Positions 40,901 to 53,795 of a stretch of 64,000 nucleotides of DNA are shown piece after piece. The stretch is from the human T2T-CHM13v2.0 reference genome, Homo sapiens. Position 1 is the first letter of the stretch. Every line of letters begins with the position of its first letter. The position numbers and the translations under genes are program-made. The stretch lies in assembly GCF_009914755.1 (NCBI RefSeq), contig NC_060929.1. The stretch is one strand, 5' to 3'. The notes under the pieces were generated by a model that saw nothing but the letters and a program-made list of their open reading frames with translations, did no database searches and had not been told where the DNA came from.

Positions 40901-43900
40901 TAACACTCTTTTTGTGGAATTTGCAAGTGGAGATTTCAGCCGCTTTGAAGTCAAAGGTAGAAAAGGAAATATCTTCCTATAAAAACTACACAGAATGATT
41001 CTCAGAAACTCCTTTGTGATGTGTGCGTTCAACTCACAGAGTTTAACCTTTCTTTTCATAGAGGAGTTAGGAAAAACTCTGTTTGTAAAGTCTGCAAGTG
41101 GATATTCAGACCTCTTTGAGGCCTTCGTTGGAAACGGGTTTTTTTCATATAAGGCTAGACAGAAGAATTCCCAGTAACTTCCTTGTGTTGTGTGTGTTCA
41201 ACTCACAGAGTTGAACTTTCATTTACACAGAGCAGATTTGAAACACTCTTTTTGTGGAATTTGCAAGTGGAGATTTCAAGCGCTTTGAGGCCAAAGGCAG
41301 AAAAGGAAATATCTTCGTATAAAAACTAGACAGAATCATTCTCAGAAACTGCTCTGTGATGTGTGCGTTCAACTCTCAGAGTTTAACTTTTCTTTTCATT
41401 CAGCAGTTTGGAAACACTCTGTTTGTAAAGTCTGCACGTGGATAATTTGACCACTTAGAGGCCTTCGTTGGAAAAGGGTTTTTTTCATGTAAGGCTAGAC
41501 AGAAGAGTTCTCAGTAACTTCCTTGTGTTGTGTGTATTCAACTCACACAGTTGAACGATCCTTTACACAGAGCAGACTTGTAACACTCTTTTTGTGGAAT
41601 TTGCAAGTGGAGATTTCAGCCGCTTTGAAGTCAAAGTAGAAAAGGAAATATCTTCCTATAAAAACTAGACAGAATGATTCTCAGAAACTCCTTTGTGATG
41701 TGTGCGTTCAACTCACAGAGTTTAACCTTTCTTTTCATAGAGCAGTTAGGAAACACTCTGTTTGTAAAGTCTGCAAGTGGATATTCAGACCTCTTTGAGG
41801 CCTTCGTTGGAAACGGGTTTTTTTCATATAAGGCTAGACAGAAGAATTCCCAGTAACTTCCTTGTGTTGTGTGTGTTCAACTCACAGAGTTGAACTTTCA
41901 TTTACACAGAGCAGATTTGAAACACTCTTTTTGTGGAATTTGCAGGTGGAGATTTCAAGCGCTTTGAGGCCAAAGGCAGAAAAGGAAATATCTTCGTATA
42001 AAAACTAGACAGAATCATTCTCAGAAACTGCTCTGCGATGTGTGCATTCAACTCTCAGAGTTTAACTTTTCTTTTCATTCAGCAGTTTGGAAACACTCTG
42101 TTTGTAAAGTCTGCACGTGGATAATTTGACCACTTAGAGGCCTTCGTTGGAAACGGGTTTTTTTCATGGAAGGCTAGACAGAAGAATTCTCAGTAACTTC
42201 CTTGTGTTGTGTGTATTCAACTCACAGAGTTGAACGATCCTTTACACAGAGCAGACTTGTAACACTCTTTTTGTGGAATTTGCAAGTGGAGATTTCAGCC
42301 GCTTTGAAGTCAAAGGTAGAAAAGGAAATATCTTCCTATAAAAACTAGACAGAATGATTCTCAGAAACTCCTTTGTGATGTGTGCGTTCAACTCACAGAG
42401 TTTAACCTTTCTTTTCATAGAGCAGTTAGGAAACACTCTGCTTGTAAAGTCTGCAAGTGGATATTCAGCCCTCTTTGAGGCCTTCGTTGGAAACGGGTTT
42501 TTTTCATATAAGGCTAGACAGAAGAATTCCCAGTAACTTCCTTTTGTTGTGTGTGTTCAACTCACAGAGTTGAACTTTGATTTACACAGAGCAGATTTGA
42601 AACACTCTTTTTGTGGAATTTGCAAGTGGAGATTTCAAGCGCTTTGAGGCCAAAGGCAGAAAAGGAAATATCTTCGTATAAAAACTAGACAGAATCATTC
42701 TCAGAAACTGCTCTGCGATGTGTGCGTTCAACTCTCAGAGTTTAACTTTTCTTTTCATTCAGCAGTTTGGAAACACTCTGTTTGTAAAGTCTGCACGTGG
42801 ATATTTTGACCACTTAGAGGCCTTCGTTGGAAACGGGTTTTTTTCCTGTAAGGCTAGACAGAAGAATTCCCAGTAACTTCCTTGTGTTGTGTACATTCAA
42901 CTCACAGAGTTGAACGTTCCCTTAGACAGAGCAGATTTGAAACACTCTTTTTGTGCAATTGGCAAGTGGAGATTTCAAGCGCTTTAAGGTCAATGGCAGA
43001 AAAGGAAATATCTTCGTTTCAAAACTAGACAGAATCATTCCCACAAACTGCGTTGTGATGTGTTCGTTCATCTCACAGAGTTTAACCTTTCTTTTCATAG
43101 AGCAGTTAGGAAACACTCTGTTTGTAAACTCTGCAAGTGGATATTCAGACCTCTTTGAGGCCTTCGTTGGAAACGGGATTTCTTCATATTCTGCTAGACA
43201 GAAGAATTCTCAGAATCTTCCTTGTGTTGTGTGTATTCAACTCACACAGTTGAACGATGGTTTACACAGAGCAGATTTGAAACACTCTTTTTGTGGAATT
43301 TGCAAGTGGAGATTTCAGCCGCTTTGAGGTCAATGGTAGAAAAGGAAATATCTTCGTATAAAAACTAGACAGAATGATTCTCAGAAACTTCTTTGTGATG
43401 TGTGCGTTCAACTCACAGAGTTTAACCTTTCTTTTCATAGAGCAGTTAGGAAACACTCTGTTTGTAAACTCTGCAAGTGGATATTCAGACCTCTTTGAGG
43501 CCTTCGTTGGAAACGGGATTTCTTCATACTGTGCTAGACAGAAGAATTCTCAGTAACTTCCTTGTGTTGTGTGTATTCAACTCACAGAGTTGAACGATCC
43601 TTTACACAGAGCAGACTTGAAACACTCTTTTTGTGGAATTTGCAAGTGGAGATTTCAGCCGCGTTGAGGTCAATGGTAGAAAAGGAAATATCTTCGTATA
43701 AAAACTAGACAGAATGATTCTCAGAAACTCCTTTGAGATGTGTGTGTTCAACTCACAGAGTTTAACCTTTCTTTTCATAGAGCAGTTAGGAATCACTCTG
43801 TTTGTAAAGTCTGCAAGTGGATATTCAGACCTCTTTGAGGCCTTCGTTGGAAACGGGTTTTTTTCATATAAGGCTAGACAGAAGAATTCCCAGTAACTTC

Positions 43901-46900
43901 CTTGTGTTGTGTGTGTTCAACTCACAGAGTTGAACTTTCATTTACACAGAGCAGATTTGAAACACTCTTTTTGTGGAATTTGCAAATGGAGATTTCAAGC
44001 GCTTTGAGGCCAAAGGCAGAAAAGGAAATATCTTCGTATAAAAACTAGACAGAATCATTCTCAGAAACTGCTCTGCGATGTGTGCGTTCAACTCTCAGAG
44101 TTTAACTTTGCTTTTCATTCAGCAGTTTGGAAACACTCTGTTTGTAAAGTCTGCACGTGGATAATTTGACCACTTAGAGGCCTTCGTTGGAAACGGGTTT
44201 TTTTCATGTAAGGCTAGACAGAAGAATTCTCAGTAACTTCCTTGTGTTGTGTGTATTCAACTCACACAGTTGAACGATCCTTTACACAGAGCAGACTTGT
44301 AACACTCTTTTTGTGGAATTTGCAAGTGGAGATTTCAGCCGCTTTGAAGTCAAATGTAGAAAAGGAAATATCTTCCTATAAAAACTAGACAGAATGATTC
44401 TCAGAAACTCCTTTGTGATGTGTGCGTTCAACTCACAGAGTTTAACCTTTCTTTTCATAGAGCAGTTAGGAAACACTCTGTTTGTAAAGTCTGCAAGTGG
44501 ATATTCAGACCTCTTTGAGGCCTTCGTTGGAAACGGGTTTTTTTCATATAAGGCTAGACAGAAGAATTCCCAGTAACTTCCTTGTGTTGTGTGTGTTCAA
44601 CTCACAGAGTTGAACTTTCATTTACACAGAGCAGATTTGAAACACTCTTTTTGTGGAATTTGCAAGTGGAGATTTCAAGCGCTTTGAGGCCAAAGGCAGA
44701 AAAGGAAATATCTTCGTATAAAAACTAGACAGAATCATTCTCAGAAACTGCTCTGTGATGTGTGCGTTCAACTCTCAGAGTTTAACTTTTCTTTTCATTC
44801 AGCAGTTTGGAAACACTCTGTTTGTAAAGTCTGCACGTGGATAATTTGACCACTTAGAGGCCTTCGTTGGAAACGGGTTTTTTTCATGTAAGGCTAGACA
44901 GAAGAGTTCTCAGTAATTTCCTTGTGTTGTGTGTATTCAACTCACACAGTTGAACGATCCTTTACACAGAGCAGACTTGTAACACTCTTTTTGTGGAATT
45001 TGCAAGTGGAGATTTCAGCCGCTTTGAAGTCAAAGTAGAAAAGGAAATATCTTCCTATAAAAACTAGACAGAATGATTCTCAGAAACTCCTTTGTGATGT
45101 GTGCGTTCAACTCACAGAGTTTAACCTTTCTTTTCATAGAGCAGTTAGGAAACACTCTGTTTGTAAAGTCTGCAAGTGGATATTCAGACCTCTTTGAGGC
45201 CTTCGTTGGAAATGGGTTTTTTTCATATAAGGCTAGACAGAAGAATTCCCAGTAACTTCCTTGTGTTGTGTGTGTTCAACTCACAGAGTTGAACTTTCAT
45301 TTACACAGAGCAGATTTGAAACACTCTTTTTGTGGAATTTGCAGGTGGAGATTTCAAGCGCTTTGAGGCCAAAGGCAGAAAAGGAAATATCTTCGTATAA
45401 AAACTAGACAGAATCATTCTCAGAAACTGCTCTGCAATGTGTGCGTTCAACTCTCAGAGTTTAACTTTTCTTTTCATTCAGCAGTTTGGAAACACTCTGT
45501 TTGTAAAGTCTGCACGTGGATAACTTGACCACTTAGAGGCCTTCGTTGGAAACGGGTTTTTTTCATGTAAGGCTAGACAGAAGAATTCTCAGTAACTTCC
45601 TTGTGTTGTGTGTATTCAACTCACAGAGTTGAACGATCCTTTACACAGAGCAGACTTGTAACACTCTTTTTGTGGAATTTGCAAGTGGAGATTTCAGCCG
45701 CTTTGAAGTCAAAGGTAGAAAAGGAAATATCTTCCTATAAAAACTAGACAGAATGATTCTCAGAAACTCCTTTGTGATGTGTGCGTTCAACTCACAGAGT
45801 TTAACCTTTCTTTTCATAGAGCAGTTAGGAAACACTCTGCTTGTAAAGTCTGCAAGTGGATATTCAGCCCTCTTTGAGGCCTTCGTTGGAAACGGGTTTT
45901 TTTCATATAAGGCTAGACAGAAGAATTCCCAGTAACTTCCTTGTGTTGTGTGTGTTCAACTCACAGAGTTGAACTTTGATTTACACAGAGCAGATTTGAA
46001 ACACTCTTTTTGTGGAATTTGCAAGTGGAGATTTCAAGCGCTTTGAGGCCAAAGGCAGAAAAGGAAATATCTTCGTATAAAAACTAGACAGAATCATTCT
46101 CAGAAACTGCTCTGCGATGTGTGCGTTCAACTCTCAGAGTTTAACTTTTCTTTTCATTCAGCAGTTTGGAAACACTCTGTTTGTAAAGTCTGCACGTGGA
46201 TATTTTGACCACTTAGAGGCCTTCGTTGGAAACGGGTTTTTTTCCTGTAAGGCTAGACAGAAGAATTCCCAGTAACTTCCTTGTGTTGTGTACATTCAAC
46301 TCACAGAGTTGAACGTTCCCTTAGACAGAGCAGATTTGAAACACTCTTTTTGTGCAATTGGCAAGTGGAGATTTCAAGCGCTTTAAGGTCAATGGCAGAA
46401 AAGGAAATATCTTCGTTTCAAAACTAGACAGAATCATTCCCACAAACTGCGTTGTGATGTGTTCGTTCATCTCACAGAGTTTAACCTTTCTTTTCATAGA
46501 GCAGTTAGGAAACAGTCTGTTTGTAAATTCTGTAAGTGGATATTCTGACATCTTGTGGCCTTCGTTGGAAACGGGATTTCTTCATATTCTGCTAGACAGA
46601 AGAATTCTCAGAATCTTCCTTGTGTTGTGTGTATTCAACTCACACAGTTGAACGATGGTTTACACAGAGCAGATTTGAAACACTCTTTTTGTGGAATTTG
46701 CAAGTGGAGATTTCAGCCGCTTTGAGATCAATGGTAGAAAAGGAAATATCTTCGTATAAAAACTAGACAGAATGATTCTCAGAAACTTCTTTGTGATGTG
46801 TGCGTTCAACTCACAGAGTTTAACCTTTCTTTTCATAGAGCAGTTAGGAAACACTCTGTTTGTAAACTCTGCAAGTGGATATTCAGACCTCTTTGAGGCC

Positions 46901-49718
46901 TTCGTTGGAAACGGGATTTCTTCATACTGTGCTAGACAGAAGAATTCTCAGTAACTTCCTTGTGTTGTGTGTATTCAACTCACAGAGTTGAACGATCCTT
47001 TACACAGAGCAGACTTGAAACACTCTTTTTGTGGAATTTGCAAGTGGAGATTTCAGCCGCGTTGAGGTCAATGGTAGAAAAGGAAATATCTTCGTATAAA
47101 AACTAGACAGAATGATTCTCAGAAACTCCTTTGAGATGTGTGTGTTCAACTCACAGAGTTTAACCTTTCTTTTCATAGAGCAGTTAGGAATCACTCTGTT
47201 TGTAAAGTCTGCAGGTGGATATTCAGACCTCTTTGAGGCCTTCGTTGGAAACGGGTTTTTTTCATATAAGGCTAGAGAGAAGAATTCCCAGTAACTTCCT
47301 TGTGTTGTGTGTGTTCAACTCACAGAGTTGAACTTTCATTTACACAGAGCAGATTTGAAACACTCTTTTTGTGGAATTTGCAAGTGGAGATTTCAAGCGC
47401 TGTGAAGCCAAAGGCAGAAAAGGAAATATCTTCGTATAAAAACTAGACAGAATCATTCTCAGAAACTGCTCTGCGATGTGTGCGTTCAACTCTCAGAGTT
47501 TAACTTTTCTTTTCATTCAGCAGTTTGGAAACACTCTGTTTGTAAAGTCTGCACGTGGATAATTTGACCACTTAGAGGCCTTCGTTGGAAACGGGTTTTT
47601 TTCATGTAAGGCTAGACAGAAGAATTCTCAGTAACTTCCTTGTGTTGTGTGTATTCAACTCACACGGTTGAACGATCCTTTACACAGAGCAGACTTGTAA
47701 CACTCTTTTTGTGGAATTTGCAAGTGGAGATTTCAGCCGCTTTGAAGTCAAATGTAGAAAAGGAAATATCTTCCTATAAAAACTAGACAGAATGATTCTC
47801 AGAAACTCCTTTGTGATGTGTGCGTTCAACTCACAGAGTTTAACCTTTCTTTTCATAGAGCAGTTAGGAAACACTCTGTTTGTAAAGTCTGCAAGTGGAT
47901 ATTCAGACCTCTTTGAGGCCTTCGTTGGAAACGGGTTTTTGTCATATAAGGCTAGACAGAAGAATTCCCAGTAACTTCCTTGTGTTGTGTGTGTTCAACT
48001 CACAGAGTTGAACTTTCATTTACACAGAGCAGATTTGAAACACTCTTTTTGTGGAATTTGCAAGTGGAGATTTCAAGCGCTTTGAGGCCAAAGGCAGAAA
48101 AGGAAATATCTTCGTATAAAAACTAGACAGAATCATTCTCAGAAACTGCTCTGTGATGTGTGCGTTCAACTCTCAGAGTTTAACTTTTCTTTTCATTCAG
48201 CAGTTTGGAAACACTCTGTTTGTAAAGTCTGCACGTGGATAATTTGACCACTTAGAGGCCTTCGTTGGAAACGGGTTTTTTTCATGTAAGGCTAGACAGA
48301 AGAGTTCTCAGTAACTTCCTTGTGTTGTGTGTATTCAACTCACACAGTTGAACGATCCTTTACACAGAGCAGACTTGTAACACTCTTTTTGTGGAATTTG
48401 CAAGTGGAGATTTCAGCCGCTTTGAAGTCAAAGTAGAAAAGGAAATATCTTCCTATAAAAACTAGACAGAATGATTCTCAGAAACTCCTTTGTGATGTGT
48501 GCGTTCAACTCACAGAGTTTAACCTTTCTTTTCATAGAGCAGTTAGGAAACACTCTGTTTGTAAAGTCTGCAAGTGGATATTCAGACCTCTTTGAGGCCT
48601 TCGTTGGAAACGGGTTTTTTTCATATAAGGCTAGACAGAAGAATTCCCAGTAACTTCCTTGTGTTGTGTGTGTTCAACTCACAGAGTTGAACTTTCATTT
48701 ACACAGAGCAGATTTGAAACACTCTTTTTGTGGAATTTGCAGGTGGAGATTTCAAGCGCTTTGAGGCCAAAGGCAGAAAAGGAAATATCTTCGTATAAAA
48801 ACTAGACAGAATCATTCTCAGAAACTGCTCTGCGATGTGTGCGTTCAACTCTCAGAGTTTAACTTTGCTTTTCATTCAGCAGTTTGGAAACACTCTGTTT
48901 GTAAAGTCTGCACGTGGATAATTTGACCACTTAGAGGCCTTCGTTGGAAACGGGTTTTTTTCATGTAAGGCTAGACAGAAGAATTCTCAGTAACTTCCTT
49001 GTGTTGTGTGTATTCAACTCACAGAGTTGAACGATCCTTTACACAGAGCAGACTTGTAACACTCTTTTTGTGGAATTTGCAAGTGGAGATTTCAGCCGCT
49101 TTGAAGTCAAAGGTAGAAAAGGAAATATCTTCCTATAAAAACTAGACAGAATGATTCTCAGAAACTCCTTTGTGATGTGTGCGTTCAACTCACAGAGTTT
49201 AACCTTTCTTTTCATAGAGCAGTTAGGAAACACTCTGCTTGTAAAGTCTGCAAGTGGATATTCAGCCCTCTTTGAGGCCTTCGTTGGAAACGGGTTTTTT
49301 TCATATAAGGCTAGACAGAAGAATTCCCAGTAACTTCCTTGTGTTGTGTGTGTTCAACTCACAGAGTTGAACTTTGATTTACACAGAGCAGATTTGAAAC
49401 ACTCTTTTTGTGGAATTTGCAAGTGGAGATTTCAAGCGCTTTGAGGCCAAAGGCAGAAAAGGAAATATCTTCGTATAAAAACTAGACAGAATCATTCTCA
49501 GAAACTGCTCTGCGATGTGTGCGTTCAACTCTCAGAGTTTAACTTTTCTTTTCATTCAGCAGTTTGGAAACACTCTGTTTGTAAAGTCTGCACGTGGATA
49601 TTTTGACCACTTAGAGGCCTTCGTTGGAAACGGGTTTTTTTCCTGTAAGGCTAGACAGAAGAATTCCCAGTAACTTCCTTGTGTTGTGTACATTCAACTC
49701 ACAGAGTTGAACGTTCCC
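25937..49718 (+). repeat. Seven tandem 20-mer HOR units (3398, 3398, 3397, 3395, 3397, 3399, 3398 bp)
   Basis: Anchors at 25937, 29335, 32733, 36130, 39525, 42922, 46321 and 49719; length differences are explained by visible 1-2 bp indels. Confidence 0.93.
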
Positions 49719-52436
49719 TTAGACAGAGCAGATTTGAAACACTCTTTTTGTGCAATTGGCAAGTGGAGATTTCAAGCGCTTTAAGGTCAATGGCAGAAAA
49801 GGAAATATCTTCGTTTCAAAACTAGACAGAATCATTCCCACAAACTGCGTTGTGATGTGTTCGTTCATCTCACAGAGTTTAACCTTTCTTTTCATAGAGC
49901 AGTTAGGAAACACTCTGTTTGTAAATTCTGTAAGTGGATATTCTGACATCTTGTGGCCTTCGTTGGAAACGGGATTTCTTCATATTCTGCTAGACAGAAG
50001 AATTCTCAGAATCTTCCTTGTGTTGTGTGTATTCAACTCACACAGTTGAACGATGGTTTACACAGAGCAGATTTGAAACACTCTTTTTGTGGAATTTGCA
50101 AGTGGAGATTTCAGCCACTTTGAGGTCAATGGTAGAAAAGGAAATATCTTCGTATAAAAACTAGACAGAATGATTCTCAGAAACTTCTTCGTGATGTGTG
50201 CGTTCAACTCACAGAGTTTAACCTTTCTTTTCATAGAGCAGTTAGGAAACACTCTGTTTGTAAACTCTGCAAGTGGATATTCAGACCTCTTTGAGGCCTT
50301 CGTTGGAAACGGGATTTCTTCATACTGTGCTAGACAGAAGAATTCTCAGTAACTTCCTTGTGTTGTGTGTATTCAACTCACAGAGTTGAACGATCCTTTA
50401 CACAGAGCAGACTTGAAACACTCTTTTTGTGGAATTTGCAAGTGGAGATTTGAGCCGCGTTGAGGTCAATGGTAGAAAAGGAAATATCTTCGTATAAAAA
50501 CTAGACAGAATGATTCTCAGAAACTCCTTTGAGATGTGTGTGTTCAACTCACAGAGTTTAACCTTTCTTTTCATAGAGCAGTTAGGAATCACTCTGTTTG
50601 TAAAGTCTGCAAGTGGATATTCAGACCTCTTTGAGGCCTTCGTTGGAAACGGGTTTTTTTCATATAAGGCTAGACAGAAGAATTCCCAGTAACTTCCTTG
50701 TGTTGTGTGTGTTCAACTCACAGAGTTGAACTTTCATTTACACAGAGCAGATTTGAAACACTCTTTTTGTGGAATTTGCAAATGGAGATTTCAAGCGCTT
50801 TGAGGCCAAAGGCAGAAAAGGAAATATCTTCGTATAAAAACTAGACAGAATCATTCTCAGAAACTGCTCTGCGATGTGTGCGTTCAACTCTCAGAGTTTA
50901 ACTTTGCTTTTCATTCAGCAGTTTGGAAACACTCTGTTTGTAAAGTCTGCACGTGGATAATTTGACCACTTAGAGGCCTTCGTTGGAAACGGGTTTTTTT
51001 CATGTAAGGCTAGACAGAAGAATTCTCAGTAACTTCCTTGTGTTGTGTGTATTCAACTCACAGAGTTGAACGATCCTTTACACAGAGCAGACTTGTAACA
51101 CTCTTTTTGTGGAATTTGCAAGTGGAGATTTCAGCCGCTTTGAAGTCAAAGGTAGAAAAGGAAATATCTTCCTATAAAAACTACACAGAATGATTCTCAG
51201 AAACTCCTTTGTGATGTGTGCGTTCAACTCACAGAGTTTAACCTTTCTTTTCATAGAGGAGTTAGGAAACACTCTGTTTGTAAAGTCTGCAAGTGGATAT
51301 TCAGACCTCTTTGAGGCCTTCGTTGGAAACGGGTTTTTTTCATATAAGGCTAGACAGAAGAATTCCCAGTAACTTCCTTGTGTTGTGTGTGTTCAACTCA
51401 CAGAGTTGAACTTTCATTTACACAGAGCAGATTTGAAACACTCTTTTTGTGGAATTTGCAAGTGGAGATTTCAAGCGCTTTGAGGCCAAAGGCAGAAAAG
51501 GAAATATCTTCGTATAAAAACTAGACAGAATCATTCTCAGAAACTGCTCTGTGATGTGTGCGTTCAACTCTCAGAGTTTAACTTTTCTTTTCATTCAGCA
51601 GTTTGGAAACACTCTGTTTGTAAAGTCTGCACGTGGATAATTTGACCACTTAGAGGCCTTCATTGGAAACGGGTTTTTTTCATGTAAGGCTAGACAGAAG
51701 AGTTCTCAGTAACTTCCTTGTGTTGTGTGTATTCAACTCACACAGTTGAACGATCCTTTACACAGAGCAGACTTGTAACACTCTTTTTGTGGAATTTGCA
51801 AGTGGAGATTTCAGCCGCTTTGAAGTCAAAGTAGAAAAGGAAATATCTTCCTATAAAAACTAGACAGAATGATTCTCAGAAACTCCTTTGTGATGTGTGC
51901 GTTCAACTCACAGAGTTTAACCTTTCTTTTCATAGAGCAGTTAGGAAACACTCTGTTTGTAAAGTCTGCAAGTGGATATTCAGACCTCTTTGAGGCCTTC
52001 GTTGGAAACGGGTTTTTTTCATATAAGGCTAGACAGAAGAATTCCCAGTAACTTCCTTGTGTTGTGTGTGTTCAACTCACAGAGTTGAACTTTCATTTAC
52101 ACAGAGCAGATTTGAAACACTCTTTTTGTGGAATTTGCAGGTGGAGATTTCAAGCGCTTTGAGGCCAAAGGCAGAAAAGGAAATATCTTCGTATAAAAAC
52201 TAGACAGAATCATTCTCAGAAACTGCTCTGCGATGTGTGCGTTCAACTCTCAGAGTTTAACTTTTCTTTTCATTCAGCAGTTTGGAAACACTCTGTTTGT
52301 AAAGTCTGCACGTGGATATTTTGACCACTTAGAGGCCTTCGTTGGAAACGGGTTTTTTTCCTGTAAGGCTAGACAGAAGAATTCCCAGTAACTTCCTTGT
52401 GTTGTGTACATTCAACTCACAGAGTTGAACGTTCCC
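49719..52436 (+). repeat. 16-mer HOR variant (2718 bp): A-B-C-D1-E1-D2-E2-D3/D4
   Basis: The last dimer starts with the D3 marker CAGGTG (~52139) and ends with D4 markers GATATTTTG, CCTGTAAGG and GTACATTC. Confidence 0.88.
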
Positions 52437-53795
52437 TTAGACAGAGCAGATTTGAAACACTCTTTTTGTGCAATTGGCAAGTGGAGATTTCAAGCGCTTT
52501 AAGGTCAATGGCAGAAAAGGAAATATCTTCGTTTCAAAACTAGACAGAATCATTCCCACAAACTGCGTTGTGATGTGTTCGTTCATCTCACAGAGTTTAA
52601 CCTTTCTTTTCATAGAGCAGTTAGGAAACACTCTGTTTGTAAATTCTGTAAGTGGATATTCTGACATCTTGTGGCCTTCGTTGGAAACGGGATTTCTTCA
52701 TATTCTGCTAGACAGAAGAATTCTCAGAATCTTCCTTGTGTTGTGTGTATTCAACTCACACAGTTGAACGATGGTTTACACAGAGCAGATTTGAAACACT
52801 CTTTTTGTGGAATTTGCAAGTGGAGATTTCAGCCGCTTTGAGGTCAATGGTAGAAAAGGAAATATCTTCGTATAAAAACTAGACAGAATGATTCTCAGAA
52901 ACTTCTTTGTGATGTGTGCGTTCAACTCACAGAGTTTAACCTTTCTTTTCATAGAGCAGTTAGGAAACACTCTGTTTGTAAACTCTGCAAGTGGATATTC
53001 AGACCTCTTTGAGGCCTTCGTTGGAAACGGGATTTCTTCATACTGTGCTAGACAGAAGAATTCTCAGTAACTTCCTTGTGTTGTGTGTATTCAACTCACA
53101 GAGTTGAACGATCCTTTACACAGAGCAGACTTGAAACACTCTTTTTGTGGAATTTGCAAGTGGAGATTTCAGCCGCGTTGAGGTCAATGGTAGAAAAGGA
53201 AATATCTTCGTATAAAAACTAGACAGAATGATTCTCAGAAACTCCTTTGAGATGTGTGTGTTCAACTCACAGAGTTTAACCTTTCTTTTCATAGAGCAGT
53301 TAGGAATCACTCTGTTTGTAAAGTCTGCAAGTGGATATTCAGACCTCTTTGAGGCCTTCGTTGGAAACGGGTTTTTTTCATATAAGGCTAGACAGAAGAA
53401 TTCCCAGTAACTTCCTTGTGTTGTGTGTGTTCAACTCACAGAGTTGAACTTTCATTTACACAGAGCAGATTTGAAACACTCTTTTTGTGGAATTTGCAAA
53501 TGGAGATTTCAAGCGCTTTGAGGCCAAAGGCAGAAAAGGAAATATCTTCGTATAAAAACTAGACAGAATCATTCTCAGAAACTGCTCTGCGATGTGTGCG
53601 TTCAACTCTCAGAGTTTAACTTTTCTTTTCATTCAGCAGTTTGGAAACACTCTGTTTGTAAAGTCTGCACGTGGATATTTTGACCACTTAGAGGCCTTCG
53701 TTGGAAACGGGTTTTTTTCCTGTAAGGCTAGACAGAAGAATTCCCAGTAACTTCCTTGTGTTGTGTACATTCAACTCACAGAGTTGAACGTTCCC
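52437..53795 (+). repeat. 8-mer HOR variant (1359 bp): A-B-C-D1/D4
   Basis: D1 marker CAAATGG (~53499) followed by a D4 end; no E dimers present. Confidence 0.88.

Noticed and set aside
42953-43327. Longest ORF (124 aa)
   Set aside because: It arises from the +1 frameshift caused by the B-type patch in dimer A.
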